Source: Ostrea edulis
Taxonomy: Eukaryota
Direction: 5' to 3'
NCBI RefSeq assembly: GCF_947568905.1
Contig: NC_079166.1
Span: 33,170,001-33,234,000 of the forward strand
DNA length: 64,000 bases
How positions within the stretch are numbered: the first letter of the stretch is position 1; each line of letters begins with the position of its first letter. Below are positions 40,201-50,281 of this stretch, in pieces. Under the pieces are notes generated by a model. It searched no databases, was not told where the DNA came from, and was given only the letters and a program-made list of their open reading frames with translations. Both the position numbers and the translations under genes were made by a program.

Positions 40201-43200
40201 GGGGGGTATAAAAAGACTATGCACTAACTTACATATCAAAACAATGTCTGACGAAACAAAATTTATAACTTATGCATGTCTGACGAAACAAAATTTAAAA
40301 CGTATACATGTACAACGCTTTACGAAATACTAGTATAACTATCTAACATGCTGTTAAAATCGTTGTGGCCTTTTTCGAAATAAACTTTTAACAATAAAAT
40401 TATATTTCAATCTACATCGCACGTACTTACCTGTTGTAGGAGCGTCAATACTAACGCCAGCAATCACAATTTGAAGTTCAATTTCATGAACAGAGCTGAC
40501 CGGGGGTTGGGTGATTGCGTTATGTGTCGTTACAGTAATATTCTTGTAGTCAGCCATAACAGACCCGTAAGTGTGTCTGAACTTTGCTCGTACAGGCGTC
40601 GCAAAATATGCTTGCACTGCGTGTCTGGCGGAAAGAATATTAACACCAGTGCCTGATATGGTGTATCCGTTCGTAGCTCGGGTTGTCCAGTCCCCACCAA
40701 CAGTCCAATAGAACTCTTTGTAGTTTGCAACGGATTCCAAGAGTTCAAATCGACCACCGTCTTCCTTTATAGCTATGACGTCAGCGGGGTCCATGATGAA
40801 GAGGTCTATGTCGGGAACGGTGTAAAAGTTCCTTCCGGTTGCGCTTATGGTAAAAGTAAACTCGTGTACGAGATCGAAAGACTGAATTGGCATTTGTCCC
40901 CATTGAGTAATCGGAGGCTTCTCAATTACAGCTCCTGTAGCGATGTCGACACACTTTGCAAATGCGACACTGTAAATTGTTCCCGGGCCGCACTTGGTCT
41001 TCCAGTAGGACCCTCTTGGTTGGTTGTAACAGGACTCGTTAACAGATATACACGAGTAACTTTTATGACAGAAAGTCAGTGTTAAGTCTGGTCCACAGGA
41101 AGGTCGATACACCTACAACGAAACATAGCAATAAACTACTACTAAAGTAATGGATAGATATTCGTAGTTTTGGAGCAAATATTATCTTAAATCAAGTCTC
41201 TCTTTTCAGAATAAAATGTAACATACGTTGATAGTAATATTTATGATTTAGACGTCGCTAATAATTCTAAGTATTTATGCACCTGCACTATAATGTTCCC
41301 AGTAGTAGATGCAGTGTAGTCCAATCCTACCAATGTGGCATTCGTTCTCACGATTGTATCGGGATACAAGTACAAATTGTCGCCCGGGTGTGAGGTGGCA
41401 GAAATGGTGCCGTGGGCATAACCTTTGGAAAACTCTTTACATTCTGCAATTATGAGACAGACATTGAAGTCGCGCTTCCGATTATGAGTCGACATTATTG
41501 GAAGGCAGATTTTACGATAGGGAATGCACAGTTATAAGTCAAATTAAACTTTTGAAATCATCACGGAAGTACTATTACCTGGGACATTCAGTGGGAATGT
41601 TGTTCCATCGTCCATGTCAACATTGACCGTCATGGCGCTACCGACGCCCATTTGGAGGAAACAGTCAAATCGAACATTGCCAATGGCGTAAGCTGGACAA
41701 TTCAGCGTCATCAGTTTGATCCTGCTTTGAACCTATGTAGAAGACATTCGTATCAAGTTAAATTGCCTTGTTCCAATCTAATGAAACTTCTATCCTTTGT
41801 CCTGATTTAATGGTACTGTTTCTCATTCTCTGCGTTAAATTTTTGATTCCCTCGCAGTTTTTAAAATTTACATCTGCAGCGTCTGCCAGCGAGCGTAAAT
41901 TCATTGTGTATGTGTCAATTTCAATCACGCCGCGGTCAACACTCCAGAGACGAGCGATCAAGAAAGTTGGATGTCCTGTTCGTGGAACAGTAACATTAAA
42001 CTTGGATGGGCAGTATACTAGCCTATTATCTTCTCATTCAGATCTATACACAATAATTTGTTTAATCTAAATCGGTCCTTTTGACCGAAAGGTGAAAATA
42101 TATCTATGGGTCACTGAACAATGTCAATATCATTTAACATTCAAAGTATAATTAAAATGCACCTTGAATACTTGGACTGCGTCTAATTCTTCTGACATCG
42201 TGTCGGTGATTTTGGCCTTGATCTGTAGTGGCCTTGACCTTCTGGGAACTATGGAAACGGACAGAGTCGTGAATGGCCCCAAGTCCGGACCACTGTCCGA
42301 TGTAACTACCACAATGGACTGTATGTTGCCAGTGGTCAGATTGAAGTACAGGGTCTGAGAAACATATGTTTCCAGCAGCAGGTCTGTTATATCGATAAAA
42401 AATAGATATGTAATTTGAATACAGTAAATAATTGCTTTATTTACAAACATGTGACAAATAAATAAAATATATCAGTGCATGTCGTCTTTTGAAAACTTGA
42501 GATGACACTAAATAATGACAATAATGATGATTATTATTATTTTGATAATAATAAAATATGAAATAAGAGAAATAAAATTGCATGGCACTTAGGCCCGAAG
42601 CATTGAAGATTCTCCATTGTTCCGACGGCTATAATAATACGGGATCGCCGATTATCGCCGAAACTCGTAACTTTTATTTCTCATGTCGGGCGTTTGCCAA
42701 AGGAACAGTCTTAAAATAGTAATGATGATGATATCAATAAGCCAATTACAAAATATGACTGTGTAACAGTATTAGATTAATGTCAAAGTTGTATTTACAT
42801 TTTTTAAAAACGAACTTTCTGTAAGCTATTTGCTTCTGGGTAAAACAAACAGCTATGCATTCTTATTGATCGGCGGTTTTGTTTTCACAGAATTAGGCCT
42901 GGTCCGTAAAGCAGGTCATGGTACATACCGTATTGTGATAAATTCAATTACTCACTACAAAGAGTTATTTCAAGGCTATATGTAATTAGACACAGTATGA
43001 ATGCAGTGCTAAGGCATGGTAATATAAAAGAGAAGAGAAGAAACGCCCATTGAAACAGTTCATTAGTGATCATTTGAAATGCCAAGAAAACACTAATATT
43101 ACATTGAACATGAGATCGATTAGAACTCCGGTTCCTCTTAAAATTTTGAATACTACAAATATAAATAATAATTCAATCCAAGTTAAATATATGTATATTT

Positions 43201-44416
43201 GAGGTTTATGAAACCAGCTGCGTGCATGCAAGAGAGGCCCTGTCCACTGACCTACTTTTAAAAAAAAAAAAAAAAAGAACTTGGCAGTGATCTGCTGTGA
43301 CCCCTATGTGAGTTTAAGTATCGACGCGGATATTTTATTTTACAGACTTCCAACTACTTTTTTTTTATACTGGCAACATATTTTACAAATTACAGACCAG
43401 CATATTTCTACCGACATCTTATTTTACAGCCTACATGCCGACCTACCTTTCATCAGCATACAAGCCAGCTAGTGCAGTCACGAAATACCGCGGTGAAAAC
43501 ACATTCGGTTAGGTTCGGTTCATATTTTCCGGATATCGGTTCGGTTTTGTTTACATTTTACAATATCCTATTTTGTTTGATATACCCTCTATGGTTCGCT
43601 AGTTTTATCAAATGAATGACATTCTAACCAATGAAAGTCCAAGTAACATCGGTAATAGTAAAACAAAACATGGTGACAAGTGTGGGAGTACTTTAATTTT
43701 CTAAGAAAGAGGGAGACGAAGTTTTTAACAAAGCAATGCACTCACAGTCTGTAAAATATCCAAGTGCGAGTTTAAGTATGCAATAGGATCGCGGTAGCTC
43801 AGTGGTAGAGCGGTCACTTCGTGACCGGGAGGCACTCTCAAACCTGAGACATAAGCATAGATGGTGATTGCTCCTTCGCCAAACGCTCGGCATTTAAAAT
43901 TGAGAGTCAAGGGTCGTTTAGATATTATCCTAAAAATGGAGGTCCCGTGTCGCGACAAGCGTTGGCACGTTTACGAACCATTACTACTACGACTGTAAGT
44001 GTCGTGCATAAGTCTTACGTTACAGTACCACACCTAGAGCTTATAGTCGATAAAAAAAAAAGCTCTCGAAAGCTAATGTTACCTGTCGGTTTGTACATAA
44101 TGTCGTCTGTAAATGAATATTTCTTATCATTTTATTGAAGAAAATGCATTAGAAATTAATGATTGCATTTGTACAGAAAAACAATTACTTCAGGGGCCTC
44201 TTTATAATTCTTGTATTCATTAAGTTAATTCATTTCATCACACAAAATAAAACCGAATCGAGAAACCGAAAACTAAGGTTTTGTTTCCTGAACCGAACCA
44301 AATTCAAAATGTCTGAACCGTGTTAACCCTAAAGCCAGCCCATTTATATCGCCATCACAATTCATAGATTACAACCCAGTCTATATATATCGGTATCACA
44401 TTTCAAAGATTACAAG

Positions 44417-44490
<74 letters not shown>

Positions 44491-47400
44491 GAAATAGAAT
44501 AAACAGTTCGTTCGAATTTAACAACAAGGAATTTACGGTAAATTCAGATATGACGTGCTCCACCAAAAATTTAATTTAATATGTTATAACATGTGCTGGC
44601 TGTGGAAAACATTATATCGGTGAAACTGGAACTACTCTGCGAACTCGTATACGAGTTCATAAACAACACATTTCAGCACCCGAATACAGAAAAATTAAAG
44701 TTAGTGAACATATAGATGTGTGTGGCCACGGACAATTCAGTGTATTTCCGTTTTATAAACTGTATACAGAAAATACTATTTCCCGACGAGAAAAAGAAAG
44801 ACACTTTATTAAGACTTTAAAACCGGCTCTCAATAGCTTACTGTAAAATATGTTTACTGTTATTATCTATGACGTCATAATATGCTTAACGTAAAATCCT
44901 TTTCCCTTCATTCGTTTATGACGTCGTTATGTACGTGAACTGTTAGGACGCCTTTATGACGTCAAACCATTTCAAAACTATTTTAAAATGTAACGCCTGA
45001 GGATTATAAAATGAAAGCGCTTGCGTTAAATTTTTAACTTTGTGTACTGTTTATTCTATTTCTTTTAATATTTTATACCGGACACTGTGATATTTTTTTT
45101 AAAAACACAATTTGGATATATATATATAGGCATCACATTTCACAGATTACAAGCCCATCTTTTTATATCGGCATCACATTTCAATGATTACAACCAGTCT
45201 ATTTATATCTCACATAGTACAAGCCATTCTATTTATATCACCATTAGTATTTTTACAGCCTTCGTGCCAACCTACCTTTTATCGGCATACAAGCTAGCCT
45301 ATGTTTACCTGTATCAGTATTTCCCAGACTACAAGCCAGCCAATTTGTGGTGGTTATAAATAAATGCTAGTTACAAACAGAATCCATAACAACGGCTATC
45401 GTGTTAAAGTGACAGATAAGACCCCAATTGTTTTTTTTTGGGGGGGGTGGGGGGTTGGGGGGTGGAGGGGGTGAGCTGACGGTGATCATATTCATGTAGT
45501 TCAAGGTAGTTCCAGAGTAATGGGTAATCAATATACATGCTGGCATTATTAGCATAATTGATAACCACAAATAGTAGTAGAATTAAATTAATATTTTGTA
45601 TGTGGTTTTACGCCATTTATTACATATACTATGCCACTCATCACTAATCAATAGTTATATGTTTTTGTGTTTGTTTGTTTTTTTTGTTTTTGTTTTTTTG
45701 TTTTGTTTTTTTGTGCATATTAGCCATTCTCACATGTTATAGTGTGACAAGTTTTAATCATTCATAACACTACAAAGTTTTATTGCTGTACCTGTACTTA
45801 CTATATTAAGAGAACGGCATTTTGTTCTATATTTTGAGTTGTGCATTTCTTTAGACAGGTCGGCATGAGATGCTTAATCACACGTTTATGTTTATATACA
45901 TTTCTTTGATATTTACATTTCCGATGTTCTTTACAAAATGTAATGGTAGCCATTTCCTCATGAATGCATCGCAATTGTGAATAATGCGCGTCATCGTCGA
46001 AAACCCACGTTCGGTCGCACTTCTTTTACCTCCCGTGGGATACAAAGCCGATAGTTTTGCTGAAAGGCACATCTCGGATTCTTTATGCGAAATGAAAAAA
46101 AAAAAAAAAAAAACCCACCCTATTTCCAGTGTTCTAGAGCATAGAAAAACATGACTTTCGAAGCGAAGATTTTAACTATTTTAAATTCAACAAGTTACAA
46201 AGCTTTCAGCGAGATGCTTTACAATTTCTTTGTCAGTTTGTTTTGAAATTAATTTCATTGAAAATATAAACATACCTATCTAACATCTTACCTTTTTCCT
46301 CCCTCATCTAGTCCACTTTCGTGACCATTGACTAGTTGAGTTTGCATACCCGATTTAATTTATTCATACAAAGGCTGCACGCTATTGGGTGAAAGTTGAG
46401 GCACTCTAGAGCATAGCTGTGCTATTCAAGTGAAGTTTTTGATGACAGACCCCTGTAACCCCGATCTTTGATAGTGGCACAACAAAACACACACTTTCAT
46501 GGGCGCCGCCATTATTATTGACGCTTAGAGTTTGAGGAATACTTACGGCGATTCACATTGGTCCTCAATAGGTTACGTAAGGTCATGCATTTAAATGAGT
46601 TATGCGAAGATATCGGTGTTGTGTCCCACGGGAGGTAAAAGAAGTGCGACCGACGTGGGTTTCCGACGATGAATGCGCGTATAAATGTTGAAAACTATAC
46701 TACCTCTATCAACGACTGAGAATTCTGAGAGAAATGGAAGTAGAGTGTAAATAGAAGAAATGAATTTTATTTTTGAAAATACATGTTTCACGCCGGCACT
46801 CTAACGCGCTTCATGAAATATGCTGGCGTGAAACGTTGCAGTTCGTTCCCTCGTGTATTTTTAAAATTGAAATTTGTTTCTTAAATAACTACATTACAAT
46901 ACGTCAGTTTCATAAATGAAGGGAAACATAGCAGAATTTGTTCAACACCAACTACAGGTAGTTTTTTTTTTTTTTAAAGTAGCTCAGTAAAAGTTCCATT
47001 TATTTCTCAAACCAGTTTTTAAAACAGATTTTAGCTAAAACTTGTTTACTGTTTGCTTCCTCCTAAGCTAGAGCTAGTTCACCGAACCATACAAAACGTC
47101 TTCCCGATGCGGTTTATTTGTTTCACGACTAAGCAACTGTCTGTAGCGCGAGAAGTGCAATTTGGAAACCGTCAGTATTAAAAATTTTGAAGTGTACCAA
47201 TTTTATATTTAATAATTTTATATCAAACTTTTCAGTATTGTAACTTAAGAAATTTGAAATTATATTAGTTTCAGTGAACTCATTAATGAAAATCACGGAC
47301 TAGTAATCAAGAATTTTCATTTAATCACGTGCTCGCTGACAATGGTCAGGAGGAGAAGACATATTAATGAAGATGACTATCGACTCCTGTCAATCGAATA

Positions 47401-50281
47401 CAATGTCGTAGTTTTAAACCGGCTGTATAATTGTTGCATTGGAGTAAACAAGAGTCATATCAGAACTTAATTTCAAAACTAGTTTAAAACCAAATCCGAA
47501 TGCTCATACCAGTTTATCTACAACATATTTACAGAGACTAAATTTCATTTTTGAAAATACTATGCATTGCGATGTTTCACGCTCGGGTCGCATGCTTCAT
47601 GAAGCGCATGTATTTTCAAAATGGCATTTACTTCTTTAATACTTACTCTGATGTGTAAGGGTTTTCTAGTTTGACGTTTACCTAATGAAATTGCATTAAG
47701 TACAAAACCCTTACATCGTACAAAATACATATGTACAAGTATACTATCAATTGATAGTCATCCACAAAATCTAATAAATATAAATATATTTTTCATAAAT
47801 TATGGAATTTAAGATCTTAACACTTGTATTGTAAAACCCTACCTCCAGGAAAGATTTGAAAGCCACTGAGAACCACGGGGGAGGTATAGACACTGTCGTA
47901 GGGCGGTTCTGCATTGGTACCACATTTCTGAGTAGCATCACCAGCACAGGTCTCCACACATGCGCTGTCAGCTGCCTGAGGTTGCGTCGTAGCCATCCCG
48001 CAGAAACATACATTTCCGGCCGTCAGACCCGCTAGGATTTGTCCTTTCTTAGAACAGGATAGCTCGCATTCTGTAGGGGTCAGGCTACCTGGTACATAGT
48101 TCCCAGGGTTCACAGCTAACTGTCTCGCTGTGGGCGTCTCCGGAAAGCAACCAGAATACGCTAGAAGCAAATAATCATAAAATACAAAATATCCATTGTA
48201 ATGATGGAGCCGTCCATTCATCGTCTGAAACTGAATTTAAATTCATGTCATCGCATAAGAATTATCTTCAGACCAGCAATAAAATGAATAGAGATAAATT
48301 TACATGGCAAATAGGGAAGAATGAGAAGGAAATGTCCTCACCTGTTTCTGTTTTGTCGGAGAATAGTAAAACTATTAAAAGGAGTTGAAGAATCTGTTGA
48401 AAAATAAATTTTACATTAAGTTATATTGAGATGATTATGAACAATATATACTCATACAATATATTGGACTGAATTTCAGACGAAATAGTTGCTTTGTGAG
48501 AGCAGATTGTGAGTTTGTCAGCCCTTAGCGGGTCAGGTCCGAGTCGATGGAAGCTATGTTCCTTTGGCAAGCACCTTGTATTAGAAGTGAAAGTCCCGAA
48601 ACTTCGAATCGTAGGTTCCGCATCGATATCAAACGAATCGTACATGTAGGTTCCGCATCGATATCAAACGAATCGTAGGTCCCGCATCGATATCAAACGA
48701 ATCGTAGGTCCCGCATCGATATCAAACGAATCGTACATGTAGGTTCCGCATCGATATCAAACGAATCGTAGGTTCCGCATCGATATCAAACGAATCGTAG
48801 GTTCCGCATCGATATGAAACGAATCGTAGGTCCCGCATCGATATGAAACGAATCGTAGGTCCCGCATCGATATCAAACGAATCGTAGGTCCCGCATCGAT
48901 ATGAAACGAATCGTAGGTCCCGCATCGATATCAAACGAATCGTAGGTTCCGCATCGATATGAAACGAATCGTAGGTCCCGCATCGATATCAAACGAATCG
49001 TAGGTCCCGCATCGATATGAAACGAATCGTAGGTCCCGCATCGATATCAAACGAATCGTAGGTCCCGCATCGATATCAAACGAATCGTAGGTCCCGCATC
49101 GATATCAAACGAATCGTAGGTCCCGCATCGATATCAAACTAGGTTTTTGATTGATGAAGAACCACATGGTGACATATGTCTGCCCCTTACACCGTCATGT
49201 AGCATTTTACATGTACGATAACGAATACTATTCCCTAAAAAGATCGGTAACTTACATGTCACCATACCTGTAATTATCTTGTATGTTGACATAAATTATG
49301 TTGCATGTAGGGGGCAGAAATACACCTCCATAGAACCACTATCGAAGTTACCGGAAGTTTAATTCTAATTGCATAAGTTTAAATTCTGGCACTTACAATG
49401 AAATATTCGCACTGAAACGTACGCAGGTTTGGTTATAAACAACTCGCTTTGCAAATTTTCAATAGTATTCCATTAGTATTTGTCAGATTTAAGATTCCGC
49501 GAATGTTATAAGTAATAGGGAACGGTTTTATAAGGAGGTATATCAGTGCTGCAATTATATTTCAGCATTTTTGTTTTTGCAATTCTATTCATACATTTTT
49601 GTTTCTATTTTCTATTTTCGTTCTAAATTTTTGTTTTAACGTTTATTAACAATATCGTTTTGAATATTTATTATTTTGATTACAATTTGACTTCCATATT
49701 TTTATTATAACATTTTTGTTTCTGTTTATATTTCTGAATTTATATACATGTATCTGGTTTAACGTATTTTATCTTTAACATTTTTGTTTCTGATTTTATA
49801 TTTTTGCTCTCACTATTTCATTTTAACATTTTTGTTCCTGATTTTATAGTTTTGTTTTCACTATTTCATTTTAACATTTTTGTTTCCGTTAATAATCCTT
49901 ATTCCTGTTTCCTATCCCACTTTCTTAAAATTATTATTTCTAAAAAGTTATTTTAAAAGTGTTATTGTAAAAATTATTTCTAAAAAGTTACACTGTATTT
50001 CGAAAAAGTTATTTCTAAAATGCTATTGTAAAAAGTCATTTGAAAGGGTAACCCATACGGTCAAAATAAGCATACCGTAGTGTGTAGCGTAACCATTAGA
50101 CACATTTTTCTGTTAACCTTAGTGCACTTGGTACATATTTTGCGAGATGTTCATTAATTAACAATATCTAAAAATATCTTGGACGTAGTTCTGTATATGC
50201 AGTATAAACACACATGTATTGTACAAATGATAACAAATTCCCTTTAATTCTATTCGATGTTAAAGAAGGTAAACTTACCAT
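7339..50281 (-). CDS. PKD1-like: Polycystin-1-like (PKD1/PKD1L family) receptor-channel subunit, about 3,900 aa, 41 coding exons
   Basis: Hand-assembled exons, all GT-AG with consistent phases, sum 11,703 nt: 50279-50281, 48342-48393, 47843-48160, 42163-42383, 41579-41732, 41283-41443, 40431-41112, 38105-38295, 36943-37048, 36692-36853, 32786-35986, 32477-32642, 32258-32356, 31402-31610, 26318-26530, 26062-26192, 24862-25048, 24456-24556, 23909-24034, 23657-23765, 23337-23518, 22148-22301, 21746-21849, 21111-21571, 19720-19914, 19367-19626, 18515-18738, 18090-18314, 17911-17998, 15829-15985, 15454-15586, 14108-15243, 13798-13990, 13530-13695, 13329-13442, 10955-11233, 10678-10844, 10389-10547, 8415-8670, 7942-8232, 7339-7505. 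Diagnostic motifs: WSC cysteines, PKD repeats (WEYGDG, HxYxxxGxYxVxVxxxNxVS), GPS CLCNHL/TAFG, PLAT (LRIWHDNMGSSPSWY), HLWFSIFQRPARSNFSRVQRLTCC, WIDKRTRAVFIE, RFLRLLRFNKKISLL. The ATG-only first exon is the least certain part. Confidence 0.93.
8689..9495 (-). repeat. Tandem array, 18 x 43 bp, of the extreme 3' end of the Naiad element
   Basis: Unit aaggtgaagataacgaacagtgatcaatctcataactcctata is essentially identical to the termini of the dispersed copies at 11530, 15613 and 62810. Confidence 0.95.
9805..9970 (-). mobile_element. Degenerate tRNA-SINE head fragment
   Basis: Minus strand ggtagcctagtggttacag (A-box-like) and ggttcgatag (B-box-like); body resembles the SINE at 18852. Confidence 0.55.
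11530..12515 (-). mobile_element. Naiad-type Penelope-like retroelement, 5'-truncated copy with RT palm/thumb and complete 3' end
   Basis: ORF 11892-12506 reads QQSVGIPMGTNCAPLLADLFLYSYE...FRYIDDVLSINN (catalytic YIDD)...SASYLDI...LYDKR...PAYGVYISQLIRYARACS, with a frameshift near 11895. Confidence 0.92.
14108..17998 (-). CDS. PKD1-like: PKD1-like PLAT domain and TM2-TM5 (exons 29-32)
   Basis: YLYELTVFTGSRKGSGTTANISFILTG...PLGKLSHLRIWHDNMGSSPSWYFSRLQVQD...YFFICEQWLSVD...IDR, followed by HLWFSIF...RVQRLTCCLTLLF and further TM helices. Confidence 0.95.
15613..15755 (-). mobile_element. Naiad 3'-terminal fragment
   Basis: ggtgaagataacgaacagtgatcaatctcataactcc...ccagaggtgggatcaggtg...ggaggagtaagca. 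Confidence 0.85.
16540..16860 (+). mobile_element. L2/CR1-group LINE ORF2 C-terminal remnant
   Basis: (W)LPVQQRVIFKTLVLVY...APSYLQKLI.PY.P.R.L...FSVAGPKLWNALPYDIR.A.SL.IFKSKLK.HLF, the typical post-RT tail of L2/CR1-like LINEs. Confidence 0.8.
17345..17860 (-). mobile_element. Degenerate Naiad 3' fragment
   Basis: aaggtgaagaacagtgac...ggaggagttagcatccctg...ccatagaatttgcgaaat...gggaagttgacgatggagaagctg. Confidence 0.8.
18090..21849 (-). CDS. PKD1-like: PKD1-like GAIN-B/GPS region and TM1 (exons 23-28)
   Basis: NPFTW...ITSDVISLKF (GAIN-B start); SCVW...WTSEGCF|VGP...IHCLCNHL/TAFGAGFAVPMN (GPS; HLT at 18261-18269); hydrophobic TM1 VIFATMVSLMLLYILMLIWARKRD. Confidence 0.93.
18852..19185 (-). 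mobile_element. tRNA-derived SINE, near full length
   Basis: Minus strand begins accgccgtggtggtttagaagtagagcg (A box) and ggttcgaatcc (B box), continues through a conserved body and ends in a (CAAT)n tail. Confidence 0.85.
21933..22128. mobile_element. MITE, same family as 25775-25985, opposite orientation
   Basis: aaccaacttttattcg...gcgaatatttctcgtcgcgaatcagtcc...aataaaagttggtttaca. Confidence 0.65.
22430..23273. mobile_element. Non-autonomous hAT-like DNA element carrying an internal SINE (copy 1)
   Basis: Left end agggctgtcacagttcag with (ttcgg)n subterminal repeats and right end ccgaaccgaa...ccgtgacaac. SINE on the minus strand at about 22720-22932. Reverse-complement homologous to 43470-44331. 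Confidence 0.7.
25775..25985. mobile_element. MITE (~210 bp) with TIRs TACTGTAAACCA / TGGTTTACAGTA
   Basis: Terminal inverted repeats visible with TA at both ends (Tc1/mariner-like target). Confidence 0.75.
26945..27150 (-). mobile_element. Naiad 3' fragment
   Basis: aagtgaagattacgaacagcgatcaatccc...ccagaggtgggatcaggtgcctagg. Confidence 0.8.
27628..27668 (-). ncRNA. Minimal type-I hammerhead ribozyme (Penelope-associated type)
   Basis: Minus strand TTGTC-CTGAAGA-A-GGGAC-GGGTC-GTCCC-GAAA-TT-TT-GACAA: stem I 5 bp, CUGANGA core, perfect 5-bp stem II, GAAA, vestigial stem III (AAATTT palindrome), UU cleavage site. Confidence 0.8.
29240..29375 (-). mobile_element. Degenerate Naiad fragment
   Basis: ggcctaacaactggtatgaaa...ttagatcattataacagtcattgaatttgtgaaatgct. 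Confidence 0.7.
29416..29928. mobile_element. Kolobok-like non-autonomous DNA transposon with TTAA target duplication
   Basis: TTAA|AGGGACTGGTTCACGATTT ... AAATCGTGAATCAGTCCCT|TTAA; termini RR...YY. Confidence 0.8.
32786..35986 (-). CDS. PKD1-like: PKD1-like exon 11 (3,201 bp): tandem PKD (Ig-like) repeats and start of REJ
   Basis: 1068-aa ORF with repeated YGDGS/WEYGDGS and HxYxxxGxYxV motifs. REJ start LVLDGKAESYDPD...FIWLCRR. Acceptor ag at 35987-35988 and donor gt at 32784-32785. Confidence 0.95.
36555..36670 (-). mobile_element. Naiad 3'-terminal fragment
   Basis: aaggtgtagatagcaaacagtgatcaatc...ccagaggtgggatcaggtgcc. Confidence 0.8.
38375..38790. repeat. 28-bp minisatellite, about 15 copies
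   Basis: Unit atatcgattgtttacattggaccatttt; produces the repetitive spurious ORFs at 38255-38823. Confidence 0.95.
39465..40212 (+). mobile_element. Helentron/HINE-type element
   Basis: 5' ctagaactgtcc..., 3' (GGAC)n-like microsatellite then terminal hairpin tataccccccc-aaacttcgtttg-cggggggtata. The left boundary is approximate. Confidence 0.6.
43470..44331. mobile_element. Non-autonomous hAT element with 8-bp TSD (AAGCCAGC) carrying an internal tRNA-SINE (copy 2)
   Basis: AAGCCAGC at 43462-43469 and 44332-44339; termini TAGTG...CCCTA; (ttcgg)/(ccgaa) subterminal repeats; SINE A box ggtagctcagtggtagagc at about 43793. Confidence 0.85.
44485..45085 (+). mobile_element. Canonical (C-terminal endonuclease) Penelope-like element remnant, Neptune-like: GIY-YIG endonuclease plus 3' UTR
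   Basis: Translates as FEFNNKEFTVNSDMTCSTKNLI*YVITCAGCGKHYIGETGTTLRTRIRVHKQHI...VSEHIDVC...RREKERHFIKTLKPALN..*. Has NLIY/YIGET and CxxC...H...H motifs, in-frame TAA at 44577-44579, stop at 44844-44846. Abuts (TA)n 44421-44484. Confidence 0.88.
44985..45034 (+). ncRNA. Minimal type-I hammerhead ribozyme in the PLE 3' UTR/pseudo-LTR
   Basis: TAACGC-CTGAGGA-TTATAAAAT-GAAA-GCGC-TT-GCGTTA: stem I 6 bp (extendable AAAAT/ATTTT), CUGANGA, GAAA, palindromic AGCGCT stem III, CUU cleavage triplet. Stem II is weak. Confidence 0.75.
45992..46671. mobile_element. MITE with ~55-bp TIRs (CATCGTCG.AAACCCACG...)
   Basis: catcgtcgaaaacccacgttcggtcgcacttcttttacctcccgtggga versus tcccacgggaggtaaaagaagtgcgaccgacgtgggtttccgacgatg. 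Confidence 0.85.
47843..48393 (-). CDS. PKD1-like: PKD1-like exons 2-3: signal peptide and WSC domain
   Basis: Exon 48342-48393 reads ILQLLLIVLLFSDKTET (hydrophobic signal). Exon 47843-48160 reads YSGCF...LTPTECELSC...AGLTAGNVCFCG...CVETCAGDATQKCG, the WSC cysteine pattern. Confidence 0.9.
48606..49139. repeat. 29-bp CpG-rich minisatellite, about 18 copies
   Basis: Unit gaatcgtaggtcccgcatcgatatcaaac, with c/t and c/g variants and two copies carrying an acatgt insertion. Confidence 0.95.

Noticed and set aside
43787-43860. tRNA gene
   Set aside because: A-box and partial cloverleaf only; the B box is degraded and it continues into a SINE body. The same applies to 19110-19185.
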